Shown here: piece by piece, positions 1-11,061 of the stretch
How positions within the stretch are numbered: position 1 is the stretch's first letter
Layout: the number at the start of each line of letters is the position of its first letter
Assembly: GCA_020725265.1 (NCBI GenBank)
Contig: DYFK01000008.1
Coordinates: 616 to 64,615 of the forward strand
Length of the DNA: 64,000 nucleotides
Origin: Hydrogenophilus sp.
GTDB taxonomy: Bacteria > Pseudomonadota > Gammaproteobacteria > Burkholderiales > Thiobacillaceae
Reading direction: 5' to 3'
Notes under the pieces: generated by a model
What the model was told of the DNA's origin: nothing
Seen by the model: only the letters and a program-made list of their open reading frames with translations
Database searches by the model: none
Made by a program: the position numbers and the translations under genes

Positions 1-1
1 G

Positions 2-535
2 GACAAGCCGATCATCAACATCCCCGGCTGTCCGCCGATCCCGGTGGTGATGACCGGCGTGCTTGCCCACTACCTCACCTTCGGCACCCTGCCGGAACTG
101 GACAAGCTGGGCCGGCCCAAGGCGTTCTACGGCGAGACCATCCATGATCGCTGCTACCGCCGGCCGTTCTACGATCAGGGCAAGTTCGCCAAGAGCTTCG
201 ACGACGAGGGCGCGCGCAAGGGCTGGTGCCTGTTCGAGCTGGGCTGCAAGGGCCCGGTCACCTACAACGCCTGCGCGACCGTGAAGTGGAACGGTGGCAC
301 GTCCTGGCCGGTGGAGTCCGGTCATGGCTGCCTGGGTTGCTCGGAACCCGATTTCTGGGATGGCGGCGGTTTCTATCGCGCGCTGTCGATGCCCGCGGAC
401 CCCTTGAAGATGGCCGCCACGGCGGCCGTGGTCGGCACGGCGGCGGGCGTGGCGGCGACTTTCGCCAACCGGGCCAAGAAGGGTGCCGCCAAGTCGGCCC
501 ATGAGACCGTCACCTTGGCCGATCTGGAGAAATGA
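2..535 (+). CDS. hynS: [NiFe]-hydrogenase small subunit, C-terminal part (5' end outside window)
   Basis: Frame is open from the window edge ([14 protein letters not shown]...). Fe-S cysteine motifs [21 protein letters not shown] and [14 protein letters not shown] are typical of group 1 small subunits. The stop at 533-535 overlaps the next start. Confidence 0.9.
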   Translation, partial: DKPIINIPGCPPIPVVMTGVLAHYLTFGTLPELDKLGRPKAFYGETIHDRCYRRPFYDQGKFAKSFDDEGARKGWCLFELGCKGPVTYNACATVKWNGGTSWPVESGHGCLGCSEPDFWDGGGFYRALSMPADPLKMAATAAVVGTAAGVAATFANRAKKGAAKSAHETVTLADLEK

Positions 536-1197
536 TCATGAACGAAATGCAATTCCTCACCTGGGTTCGTGGCCCCGGACTGGACATCGCCATCGGCATC
601 TTCCTGCTGGGCGTGCTCTGGCGCCTGATTGAAATCTACACCCTCGGCCGCAAGCAGGACGTCGCGCCGGGGCGTCAGCGTGACGGCGCCTCCGGTCTGC
701 ACACGGTGTTCCGGCGCTCGGTGCCGCCGCCCGGCATGGTCAGGAAATCGCCGGTCACCTATATCGGCGGTTACGTGTTCCACATCGGTCTGGCGATCAT
801 CGTCTTCCTGTTCGCGCCGCACATCGCGCTGATCCGCGACCTCACCGGCCTGTCCTGGCCCGGCCTGCCCTCGCAGTTCGTCGATCTGGTCACGGTGGTG
901 ACCATGGCGGCCATGGTGGTGGTGCTGTTCGACCGCATCAACAAGCCGGCCAAGCGTTATCTCTCGACATTCCAGGACTGGTTCACCTGGACGCTGACCT
1001 TCCTGCCGGTGCTGACCGGCTGGATGGCGGTGCAGCATCTGCTGCTGCCGTACACCACCATGCTGGCGCTGCACATCCTGTCGGTGGAACTGCTGCTGAT
1101 CTTCCTGCCGTTCACCAAACTGTTCCACACCTTCACGGTATTCGGCTCGCGCTGGTACCTGGGCAAGATCAACGGTCACAGGGGAGTCCCGGTATGA
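532..1197 (+). CDS. isp1: Hydrogenase-associated integral membrane b-type cytochrome-like protein (Isp1; NarI/DsrM-like)
   Basis: 221 aa with several hydrophobic helices. Lies between the small and large subunit genes and overlaps hynS by 4 nt (ATGA). The layout matches hynS-isp1-isp2-hynL. Confidence 0.7.
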   Translation: MIMNEMQFLTWVRGPGLDIAIGIFLLGVLWRLIEIYTLGRKQDVAPGRQRDGASGLHTVFRRSVPPPGMVRKSPVTYIGGYVFHIGLAIIVFLFAPHIALIRDLTGLSWPGLPSQFVDLVTVVTMAAMVVVLFDRINKPAKRYLSTFQDWFTWTLTFLPVLTGWMAVQHLLLPYTTMLALHILSVELLLIFLPFTKLFHTFTVFGSRWYLGKINGHRGVPV

Positions 1198-2456
1198 GCG
1201 CCTCACTGCAAAAGGGCATGAATGCCCTCAAGGAAGTCATCGACGCGCCGGTCGCGAGCTATTTCAGCAGTTGCGTCCATTGCGGCCTGTGCGCGGACGC
1301 CTGCCTGTTCTATCAGGAGACCGGCGATCCCAAGTACACGCCCATCCACAAGGTGGAGCCGCTGCGTCGGGTCTACGAACAGGAATACACGCTGCTCGGC
1401 CGGCTCGGCAAACTGCTCGGCCTGGCCAAGCCGGTCACCGACGAGGAACTCGACGAGTGGCAGGAGCTGGTCTACGACAGCTGCACCATGTGCGGCCGCT
1501 GCTCGATGGTCTGCCCGGTCGGCAACGACATCGTCTACATGGTGCGCAAGCTGCGCGAGGGTATGGCGGTGTCCGGCCACGTACCCGACGGCATCAAGGG
1601 CGCGACCAAGCGCACCGTCGAGATCGGCGGGCCGATGGGCCTGAAGTGGCCGGCGGTCGCCAACGTCATCAAGAAGGCCGAGGCCGCCACCGGCCTGACC
1701 ATCCCGGTCGACAAGGAGGGGGCCGAATATCTGGTGCTGCTGTCGTCGATGGAGATCGTCAACTATCCGGAATACCTGGAAGCGCTGGCCAAGATCTTCA
1801 ACAAGGCCGGCATTTCCTTCACGCTGGCGTCCGATGCCTTCGAGGCGACCAACGCCGGCATCCAGATCGGCGCCTCCGATCTGGCCAAGGTCATCGTCTC
1901 GCGCATCGTCAACTCGGCGGAGAAACTCAAGGTCAAGCGCGTGCTGTCGCCGGAATGCGGCCACGCCTACATGGCGATCCGCTGGGAAGGCCCCAACCTG
2001 ATCGGCCGGCCCTACAACTTCGAGGTCGTGCATGTGCTGGAACTGCTCGACGACCTGCGCAAGAAGGGCGTGCTGAAGATGAAGGACAAGTTCAAGGATC
2101 CGCTGATCCTGCACGATCCCTGTCAGATCGTCCGTCGCGGTGGCGTGCTGGAAGCGCCGGAGCCATTGATCCAGGCGGTGGCGGAGAACTACATCCCGGT
2201 CGTCGACAAGCAGAAGTGGAACTGGTGTTGCGGTGGTGGCGGCGGCGCCTCGGCGATCCATACCGAGGAAGCCGAGGCACTGCGCGCCAAGGCCTTCCGG
2301 ATCAAGAAGCGCCAGATCGAGGAGAGCGGCGTCAACACCATGGTGACGTTCTGCGCCAACTGCCGCATCGTCATCGAGGAAGGTTTCGACCATTACGAGA
2401 TGAACACCCAGCTTCTGGGGCTGACCGAGCTGCTGGCCGAACATCTGGAGGATTGA
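1194..2456 (+). CDS. isp2: HdrD/DsrK-like Fe-S protein (Isp2)
   Basis: Two ferredoxin-type motifs (CVHCGLCADAC, CTMCGRCSMVCP) plus CCG-type cysteine motifs (HDPCQ, WCCGGGGG, FCANC). Overlaps isp1 by 4 nt. Confidence 0.8.
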   Translation: MSASLQKGMNALKEVIDAPVASYFSSCVHCGLCADACLFYQETGDPKYTPIHKVEPLRRVYEQEYTLLGRLGKLLGLAKPVTDEELDEWQELVYDSCTMCGRCSMVCPVGNDIVYMVRKLREGMAVSGHVPDGIKGATKRTVEIGGPMGLKWPAVANVIKKAEAATGLTIPVDKEGAEYLVLLSSMEIVNYPEYLEALAKIFNKAGISFTLASDAFEATNAGIQIGASDLAKVIVSRIVNSAEKLKVKRVLSPECGHAYMAIRWEGPNLIGRPYNFEVVHVLELLDDLRKKGVLKMKDKFKDPLILHDPCQIVRRGGVLEAPEPLIQAVAENYIPVVDKQKWNWCCGGGGGASAIHTEEAEALRAKAFRIKKRQIEESGVNTMVTFCANCRIVIEEGFDHYEMNTQLLGLTELLAEHLED

Positions 2457-2460
2457 GCAA

Positions 2461-4257
<1,797 letters not shown>

Positions 4258-4365
4258 GGAAAGGGGAACGGTCGAGGGGAGTGGAGCGCGTCACCAGGGC
4301 GGGATCGCGGACACCCCGCGTTCCCGGGCCATGCCCCGCTCCCCCACCGTCACCACCAGACAGCC

Positions 4366-4683
4366 ATGGAAGACCAACTCAGACGACTGCTGGACGCCGA
4401 GGCACGTGCCCAGGCCATCATCGATGACGCCAGCCAGGCCCGTCAGCGCATGCTCGACGAGGCGCTCGCCTCGGCGCGCGAGGCTGAAACCCGCTTCGAG
4501 GATGGACGCGCGGAGTTGCGCGCGCCATTCCTGAAGGAGGCGCGCGCGCGCGCGGAACAGGCGGTCGCCGAACTGACCCGGAAATACGAGGAGCGTCAGC
4601 GCGATCTGCGCGAGATGGCTTCCCGTCACGAACAGGAGGCGGTCGAGGCCGCCCACAACCTGCTGCTCGACCCGACTCTGTGA
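4366..4683 (+). CDS. Small coiled-coil protein, probable A/V-type ATPase peripheral-stalk subunit (G/H-like)
   Basis: 105 aa, Ala/Glu/Arg-rich helical sequence. First gene of the V-ATPase cluster. No catalytic motif; the call rests on position and composition. Confidence 0.5.
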   Translation: MEDQLRRLLDAEARAQAIIDDASQARQRMLDEALASAREAETRFEDGRAELRAPFLKEARARAEQAVAELTRKYEERQRDLREMASRHEQEAVEAAHNLLLDPTL

Positions 4684-4717
4684 GCGGGCCGGGTCTCGCG
4701 TTCCCAAGGACCGCATC

Positions 4718-5758
4718 GTGTCGGCATACCTGAATACGCGTGTCAGCATCTATGCCGAGCGCCTCTGGCGACCGGTCGATTTCGATGCGTTGACGCGCGC
4801 GCCCGACGACCAACTCGCCGACATCCTCGCCGAGCGCGGCCTCTCGCAACTGGCCGTCGGTTACCGGGACAGCGCCGGTGACCGCGATCCGTTGTCGCTG
4901 GAGCAACGCATCATCGCCGAGGTACTCGATGAAACCCGGGTGTTGTTGCGCCCGCTCGGTGGTGACGAACGTGATTTCCTGCTGTACTGGACCGAGCGTT
5001 TCGAGGTTTCCAACGTCAAGACCTTGCTGCGCGGCAAGATGACCGGTGAACGTCCCGCCGCCCTGTTGGGGCGGTTGACGCCGATGGGCGCGTTCGGCCG
5101 CCTCGACGTCCAGGATCTGGTCCATGCCGAGGACGTCGCCGAACTGATGCGCCGGCTGGAAGCCGGTCCCTACGCTGGCATCGTCCGCCAGGCCCGACGG
5201 GCGTTCGAGGAAAGCCAGGATCCCTTCATCCTCGATGCCGCGCTCGATCGTGGCTATTACGAGGGGCTGGCCCGGCGCGCGCGGCCGCTGGAAGTCGGAG
5301 CGGGCGCGTCGATGCGCAACCTGATGGGGCCGATGATCGATCGCATCAACCTGGTCTGGCTGCTGCGCTACCGTTTCAACTACAACCTGCCGCCGGCCCA
5401 GGTCTATTACCTGCTGGTGGCCTCCCACTACGGGTTGTCGTCGGAACGTCTGCGCCGGTTGGCCACGCTCGACAGCCTGGAGGACATCCTGGCGGCGTTG
5501 CCGGACACCATCCGCGCCGTGCTCGATGGCGTCGACAACATCCCCGACGCGCACGCGCGCATGGACCAGGCCGCCGCCGATGCCGCCGTCAAGGTGCTGC
5601 GTGGCGGCGCGCCCGCGATCGCGCGCGCCTTCGCCTACCTGATCCTGCGCGAGCGCGACCTGCGCGCGGTGCGGGCGGTGTTGCGCGGCCGTCATCTCGG
5701 CCTGCCGGTCGAGGCCATTCTCGCCACCACGCGGCGCGCGCCCGAGGGAGCGTTCTGA
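4718..5758 (+). CDS. atpC: A/V-type ATPase subunit C (d)
   Basis: GTG start. The N-terminus SAYLNTRVSIYAERL resembles the YxYLNaRvr start of V-type C subunits. Size is 346 aa. Overlaps the next gene (TGATG). Confidence 0.75.
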   Translation: MSAYLNTRVSIYAERLWRPVDFDALTRAPDDQLADILAERGLSQLAVGYRDSAGDRDPLSLEQRIIAEVLDETRVLLRPLGGDERDFLLYWTERFEVSNVKTLLRGKMTGERPAALLGRLTPMGAFGRLDVQDLVHAEDVAELMRRLEAGPYAGIVRQARRAFEESQDPFILDAALDRGYYEGLARRARPLEVGAGASMRNLMGPMIDRINLVWLLRYRFNYNLPPAQVYYLLVASHYGLSSERLRRLATLDSLEDILAALPDTIRAVLDGVDNIPDAHARMDQAAADAAVKVLRGGAPAIARAFAYLILRERDLRAVRAVLRGRHLGLPVEAILATTRRAPEGAF

Positions 5759-7653
5759 TGTTCCGCGCCGAACCACTGCTCAGGATCCGTCTGCTGGTGC
5801 TGGCCTCGGAAGCGGCCGACAGCGCCCTGCAACTGGCGCGATTCGGGGTGTTCAATCCGGCCCCCGAAGTCGCCGACGCGTTGCCGGAATCCCCCGCCGA
5901 CGCCTACCGCGAAGCCTGGCTGGAAGCCGATTCCCGGATCGGAAAGCTGATCGAACAATGCGGCGAGACCGGACCCGTCGGGATTCCCGACGACGCCGTG
6001 GCACCGTCGCTGGCCGATCTCCATGAGCTCAACGACTGGCTGAGGGAAATCTGGCTGGCTTGCCTGGCCTGCCGGGACGGCGAGGATCGCATCGAGGAAG
6101 AGCGCCGCCATCTCGACGCCATCGAGGAAACCCTGTCCAAACTGGAACGGCTGAACGTCGATCTCGCCCATCTGCTGCGCGCCGACAGCCTGCTCGCCGT
6201 CAACATCGGCAGCCTGCCGGCGGGAGAACTGCGCCGGGTCGGCGATGCCCTGTCGATGACCGGATATCTGGTGTCGCCGTTCGATCACGTCGGTGACCAG
6301 GTCTTCGCCGTCATCGCCGGACCACGCGCGCGCCAGGAGGAAGTGCGCGGCCTGATGAGCCAGGCCGGCTGGCGGGAATTGCCGGTGCCGGACGAATTGC
6401 GCCGTCATCCCCAGGCCGCGCGTGCCTGGCTGGAAGAGGAGCGCGTGCGCCTGGACGAACTTTCGGGCGCTGAATGCCAGGTGCTCGGTGGCCTGCGCGA
6501 GAAATTCGGTCCGCGCCTGCGCGAGGCGCGCCTGCGCCTGGCGCTGGCCCGTCCGCTGGCCGAGGCGGCCCTGACCGGGGTACGCGGCAAGGGGGGGCTG
6601 GCCGCGTTCTCCGGCTGGATTCCGCGCCGACGTCTGGACGCCCTGCGCGAGATGCTGGAAACCCGTTTGCGTGGCCGCTACCTGCTCGACGCGCGCGAGC
6701 CGGAACCGGGCACGGCGGAAACGGTGCCGTCGCTGGTGCGTTACCCGGGATGGCTGCGGCCGTTCGTGCCGCTGGTCAAGAGCTATGGCGTGCCACGCTA
6801 TGGTGAATTCGATCCGACGCTGCCGTTCGCTTTCACTTATCTGCTGCTGTTTGGCGCCATGTTCGGCGATCTTGGCCACGGCGGCGTCATCCTGCTGATT
6901 TCGCTGGCCCTGGTCCGTCGCTTCGGCCGGGTCGCCTTCATCGGCGTCGCCGCCGGCGCGGTATCGATGCTGTTCGGCGCGCTCTACGGCAGCATCTTCG
7001 GTTACGAGGAACTGTTCGAGCCGATCTGGCTGTCGCCGCTGCACGAACCGACCCGGGTGCTGACCCTGGCGGTCGCGTTCGGCATCGGTTTCATCGTGCT
7101 CACCCTGCTGGTCAACGCCCGCAACAAATTCGCCGCCGGCCATGCCAGCGAGGCGTTGTTCGATTCCGCCGGCCTGGCCGGTCTGGTGTTCTACCTGGGC
7201 GCGGTTGGCGGCGTGCTGAGCCTGACCGGCGCCGTCGATCTGGCCCTGCCGGCCGCCATCGTCGCCGGTCTCGGGCTGGCCGTGGTGGCCGTCTACAAAT
7301 GGCTGGAAACCCGGGCCGGCTGGGGCGAGCGCACCCTGGTGTCGGCGATCGAGACCCTGGAAACCGGCATCAACCTGTTCGCCAACACGTTGTCGTTCAT
7401 GCGCGTGGCCGCGTTCAGCCTGAACCACGCCGCGCTCGCGCTCGCCATCTTCACGCTGGCCGCCGGACTGGGTGCCGCCGGCCACTGGCTGACGCTGGTA
7501 TTGGGCAATGTGGTCATCATCGTGCTGGAGGGCGGCATCGTCGCCATCCAGGCGTTGCGCCTGATGTATTACGAGGGGTTCTCGCGTTTCTTCAGCGGTG
7601 ACGGCGTCGAGTTCGCGCCCTTGCGGTTGGCGCGCGAACCGGGCAAGAGTTGA
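5758..7653 (+). CDS. atpI: A/V-type ATPase subunit I (a)
   Basis: 631 aa with a soluble N-terminal half and a multi-TM C-terminal half. The C-terminal half carries LSFMRVAAFSLNHAAL (conserved stator Arg region) and RLMYYEGFSRFF. Confidence 0.85.
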   Translation: MFRAEPLLRIRLLVLASEAADSALQLARFGVFNPAPEVADALPESPADAYREAWLEADSRIGKLIEQCGETGPVGIPDDAVAPSLADLHELNDWLREIWLACLACRDGEDRIEEERRHLDAIEETLSKLERLNVDLAHLLRADSLLAVNIGSLPAGELRRVGDALSMTGYLVSPFDHVGDQVFAVIAGPRARQEEVRGLMSQAGWRELPVPDELRRHPQAARAWLEEERVRLDELSGAECQVLGGLREKFGPRLREARLRLALARPLAEAALTGVRGKGGLAAFSGWIPRRRLDALREMLETRLRGRYLLDAREPEPGTAETVPSLVRYPGWLRPFVPLVKSYGVPRYGEFDPTLPFAFTYLLLFGAMFGDLGHGGVILLISLALVRRFGRVAFIGVAAGAVSMLFGALYGSIFGYEELFEPIWLSPLHEPTRVLTLAVAFGIGFIVLTLLVNARNKFAAGHASEALFDSAGLAGLVFYLGAVGGVLSLTGAVDLALPAAIVAGLGLAVVAVYKWLETRAGWGERTLVSAIETLETGINLFANTLSFMRVAAFSLNHAALALAIFTLAAGLGAAGHWLTLVLGNVVIIVLEGGIVAIQALRLMYYEGFSRFFSGDGVEFAPLRLAREPGKS

Positions 7654-7692
7654 GTATCGATCCGTTCAAACGTTGCGTTAAAGGAGAAGAAA

Positions 7693-8133
7693 ATGAGCTG
7701 GCTGATCGCATTGATGGGGTTGTCCGTGCTGGCGACGATAGGCGCCGGCGTCTGGCTGGAGTTGAAGCCGGAGCGGCGGCCGGCGCCGGCCTGGCTGAAG
7801 GGCGGCCTGCTCGCCAACGTGCTGTTGTTCGGTTTCGGCATCGCCGGCAGCCTGCTGCTGGGCGTCCAGGAAGTCCTGGCTTCGGAACCGGCCGCCGCCG
7901 GCCTGATGGACATTTCCATGGGCAAGGGCCTGGCGCTGATCGGTATCGGCCTGCCCACCGCGCTGGCCGCCATCGGCGCCGGCATCGCGCTGGGTCCGGT
8001 CGGCTCCGCCTCGCTGGCGGTGATCGCCGAGAAGCCGGAGATGTTCGGTCGTACCCTGATCTACATGGGTCTGGCCGAGGGCATCGCGATCTACGGCTTG
8101 GTCATGTCGATCCTGTTGCTCGGCAAGATCTGA
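7693..8133 (+). CDS. atpK: A/V-type ATPase proteolipid subunit K (c) with N-terminal two-helix extension
   Basis: Strong RBS AAAGGAGAA upstream of the ATG. The C-terminal ~70 aa form one c-subunit hairpin with the carboxylate in GLAEGIAIYGLV. Confidence 0.85.
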   Translation: MSWLIALMGLSVLATIGAGVWLELKPERRPAPAWLKGGLLANVLLFGFGIAGSLLLGVQEVLASEPAAAGLMDISMGKGLALIGIGLPTALAAIGAGIALGPVGSASLAVIAEKPEMFGRTLIYMGLAEGIAIYGLVMSILLLGKI

Positions 8134-8146
8134 AGGTCGCCAACGC

Positions 8147-8488
8147 ATGAACCGGGAATCCGACGTCGCCGGTGGCGCGCGCCTGGTGGTGCTGGGCAGC
8201 GCCGGTCTGGTCGAGGGCTTCAGCCTGATCGGCGCCGAGGTGCATGCCGACGCCGATCCGGCCAAGGTCGACGAAGTCCTCGGGCAATTGGTCAAAAGTG
8301 GCGACGAGGCGCTGGTGTTGCTGGAAACCCATCTCGCCCATGCCGGCGGCCATTGGCTGGATCGTCTGCGCGACGAGGGCGGCCGCATCGTCGTCACCGA
8401 ACTGCCGCCGCTGGCGGCGCCGCATGATTACGCGCCGGCGGTCGATGACGTGGTGCGCGCGGTGCTCGGACCGGAAGCGTTGAAATAG
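8147..8488 (+). CDS. atpF: A/V-type ATPase subunit F
   Basis: 113 aa. RLVVLGSAGLVEGFSLIGAEV matches the F-subunit N-terminal signature. Operon context. Confidence 0.75.
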   Translation: MNRESDVAGGARLVVLGSAGLVEGFSLIGAEVHADADPAKVDEVLGQLVKSGDEALVLLETHLAHAGGHWLDRLRDEGGRIVVTELPPLAAPHDYAPAVDDVVRAVLGPEALK

Positions 8489-8521
8489 ACGAGGGCCGGA
8501 GTCCGGAACCTGGAGAAAAAC

Positions 8522-9172
8522 ATGGATGCCGACTTGCAAGTCACCCAACTCGAACAGGCCCTGATCCGTCAGGCCGAAACCCTGGCGCGCGAACAGCGGC
8601 AGAACGCCGAGGCCATGCGCGCGCGCATCCTGGCGGAATCGATGGACAAGCTGAAGCTGGCCGAGGAGCGCGAAGTGCTGGCCGCCAAGGCCGAGGCGGA
8701 ACGGCTGGCGCGGCGCCAGATCCAGGCGGCGGAAACCCGGCTGGCGGCGGAGCTGGATCGGCTGCGCTGGGCGTTGACCGAGTCGACCCTGTCGGGCGTG
8801 CGTCAGGCCTTCCGGGAACTGGTCGCCGACGAGACGCGCTATTTCGGCGTGCTCGAACGCTGGCTCGCCGCCGCCGCCACCGCGCTGCCGGATGGAGGTC
8901 TGATCGCCGAGGTCCGGCCCGAGGACGAACGCCGGCTGGCGCCGGTCTGGGCCGAACTGGCCGCGCGCGCCGCGCCAGGTCGCGAGGTCGCCCTGGTCGG
9001 CCATGGTCAGCCGAGTGAAGGCGGCATCCGTGTGCGCCTGGCCGACGACCGCGCCCGCATCGATCAGACATTCGAGGCGCGCCAGGCGCGTCTGGCCGAG
9101 GATCTGGCCAGGGTGACGATGGAACGTTTGTTCGCCAGCGCGCCCGACCTGGGCACGCTGGTGCATGGTTGA
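8522..9172 (+). CDS. atpE: A/V-type ATPase subunit E
   Basis: 216 aa with a long N-terminal charged helix and a C-terminal globular part (GGIRVRLADDRARIDQTFEARQ), typical of E subunits. Confidence 0.8.
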   Translation: MDADLQVTQLEQALIRQAETLAREQRQNAEAMRARILAESMDKLKLAEEREVLAAKAEAERLARRQIQAAETRLAAELDRLRWALTESTLSGVRQAFRELVADETRYFGVLERWLAAAATALPDGGLIAEVRPEDERRLAPVWAELAARAAPGREVALVGHGQPSEGGIRVRLADDRARIDQTFEARQARLAEDLARVTMERLFASAPDLGTLVHG

Positions 9173-9173
9173 T

Positions 9174-9252
9174 GGGGGGTAGGTAGGTAGTGGGAAATTA
9201 GTGGTGATGGGTTTCCTACTTCCCACTCCCTACTACCCACTACCTACCCCCC
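9174..9252. repeat. Imperfect inverted repeat built from heptamer units (G-rich arm / C-rich arm)
   Basis: Left arm GGGGGGTAGGTAGGTAGTGGGAA. Right arm CCCACTCCCTACTACCCACTACCTACCCCCC. Lies in the atpE-atpA spacer. Confidence 0.8.
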
Positions 9253-9266
9253 GATAAGGAAAGCAA

Positions 9267-11042
9267 ATGGGCAAAATTCTGGAAATCAACGGCCCTCTGG
9301 TCAAACTGGAGTTGCCGAGTACGGTGATCGGGGAACAGGTGCGGGTCGGCCGGTTGGGTCTGGTCGGCGAGGTCATCGGTCGTGATGGCGATACCGCGCT
9401 GGCCCAGCTCTACGAGGACACCGCCGGCCTGCGGCCGGGCGAGCAGGCCGAGGGGCTGGGCTGGCCGCTGTCGGTCGAGCTGGGGCCGGGCCTGCTCGGC
9501 GCCATTTTCGACGGTGTCCAGCGGCCGCTGCACGCGGTCTGGGAAAAGAGCGGCGACCGCATGGCGCGCGGCGTCGCCGTGCCTTCGCTGCCGCGCGACC
9601 GCGCCTGGCGTTTCGTGCCGGACCCGGCCCGGCGGCCGGGCGAGACGCTGGCCGGTGGCGACGTGCTGGGCACGGTCCAGGAGACCGAATCGATCGCCCA
9701 CCGCATCCTGGTGCCGCCGCTGGCGCGCGGCGAACTGCTGGAACTGGCGCCGGAGGGCGAATACACGCTCGATCAGGCGATCGGCCGCATCCGTCTGAGC
9801 GACGGCGGTATCGACAAGCTGTACCTGTTCCACCGCTGGCCGGTGCGCACGCCGCGCCCGTTCCGGCGGCGCGACCACGCGGTGCAGCCGCTGATCACCG
9901 GCCAGCGCATCCTGGATACCTTCTACCCGCTGCTCAAGGGCGGAAAGGCGGCGATTCCGGGACCGTTCGGCGCCGGCAAGACCATGCTGCAACAGCAGAT
10001 CGCGCGCTGGTGCAACGCCGAGATCGTCATCTACGTCGGCTGCGGCGAACGCGGCAACGAGCTGACCGACGTACTCGAATTCATGCCCGAGCTGAAGGAT
10101 CCGCACACCGGCCGGCCGCTGATGGAACGCACGCTGCTGGTGGCCAACACCTCGAACATGCCGGTGGTCGCGCGCGAAGCTTCGGTGTACGTCGGCATGA
10201 CCCTGGCCGAGTACTTCCGCGACCAGGGCTACGACGTGGTCATGGTCGCCGACTCCACCAGCCGCTGGGCCGAAGCCCTGCGCGAGGTGGCCGGCCGGCT
10301 CGGCCAGATGCCGGTGGAGGAGGGCTACCCGGCCTATCTCGGCTCCCGCCTGGCCGCCTTCTACGAACGCGCCGGCCGTGTCGAGACCCTGGCCGGCGGC
10401 CATGGCTCGGTCACCCTGATCGGTGCCGTGTCGCCGCCTGGCGGCGATTTCTCGGAGCCGGTCACCAGCCACACCAAGGAAATCATCCAGACCTTCTGGG
10501 CGCTGTCCAAGGAACTCGCCGATGCCCGGCACTACCCGTCGGTGGACTGGCTGGAGAGTTTTTCCGGTTATGTGCCGTCGGCCGCGAAATGGTGGGCGGA
10601 GAACGTCGACCCGGACTGGGAGACGGCGCGCGCTCAGGCGCTCGATCTGCTCGCCGAGTCCGAGGAACTCCAGCGCATCGTCAATCTGGTCGGCGTCGAG
10701 GCGCTGTCCTCGGAGCAGCGCTGGACGCTGGAAGCCGCCGGCCTGATCAAGGAGGGCCTGTTGCAGCAGGCCGCGACCGACGAAATCGACAGCTTCGCCT
10801 CGCCGGAAAAACAGTACGCGCTGCTGGCCGCGTTGCTGGAAATCCACCGCCAGGGCATGAAGCTGGTCAAGCTCGGCGCGCCGGCCCGGCGCCTGATCCA
10901 GATGCCGCTGCTGGCGCAGGCCCGGCGCTGGAAGAGCCAGCACAAGTCCGACGACCTGGCCAGACTGCGCAAGAAGATCGCGGCGATTCCCGCCGAATTC
11001 GAGGAACTGCTGCGGGAATACGCGCAGTCGTCGACCCGATGA
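9267..11042 (+). CDS. atpA: A/V-type ATPase catalytic subunit A
   Basis: Walker A GPFGAGKT and Walker B-region VVMVADSTSRWAEALRE. 591 aa, so no intein. Confidence 0.95.
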   Translation: MGKILEINGPLVKLELPSTVIGEQVRVGRLGLVGEVIGRDGDTALAQLYEDTAGLRPGEQAEGLGWPLSVELGPGLLGAIFDGVQRPLHAVWEKSGDRMARGVAVPSLPRDRAWRFVPDPARRPGETLAGGDVLGTVQETESIAHRILVPPLARGELLELAPEGEYTLDQAIGRIRLSDGGIDKLYLFHRWPVRTPRPFRRRDHAVQPLITGQRILDTFYPLLKGGKAAIPGPFGAGKTMLQQQIARWCNAEIVIYVGCGERGNELTDVLEFMPELKDPHTGRPLMERTLLVANTSNMPVVAREASVYVGMTLAEYFRDQGYDVVMVADSTSRWAEALREVAGRLGQMPVEEGYPAYLGSRLAAFYERAGRVETLAGGHGSVTLIGAVSPPGGDFSEPVTSHTKEIIQTFWALSKELADARHYPSVDWLESFSGYVPSAAKWWAENVDPDWETARAQALDLLAESEELQRIVNLVGVEALSSEQRWTLEAAGLIKEGLLQQAATDEIDSFASPEKQYALLAALLEIHRQGMKLVKLGAPARRLIQMPLLAQARRWKSQHKSDDLARLRKKIAAIPAEFEELLREYAQSSTR

Positions 11043-11061
11043 ACCGCGCTTGGGGTGATTC

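Noticed and set aside
9267-11042. Possible inteins in V-ATPase subunit A or DnaB (34816-36210), both common intein hosts.
   Set aside because: Both proteins have normal lengths (591 and 464 aa) with contiguous Walker motifs and no Hint-domain-like insertion.
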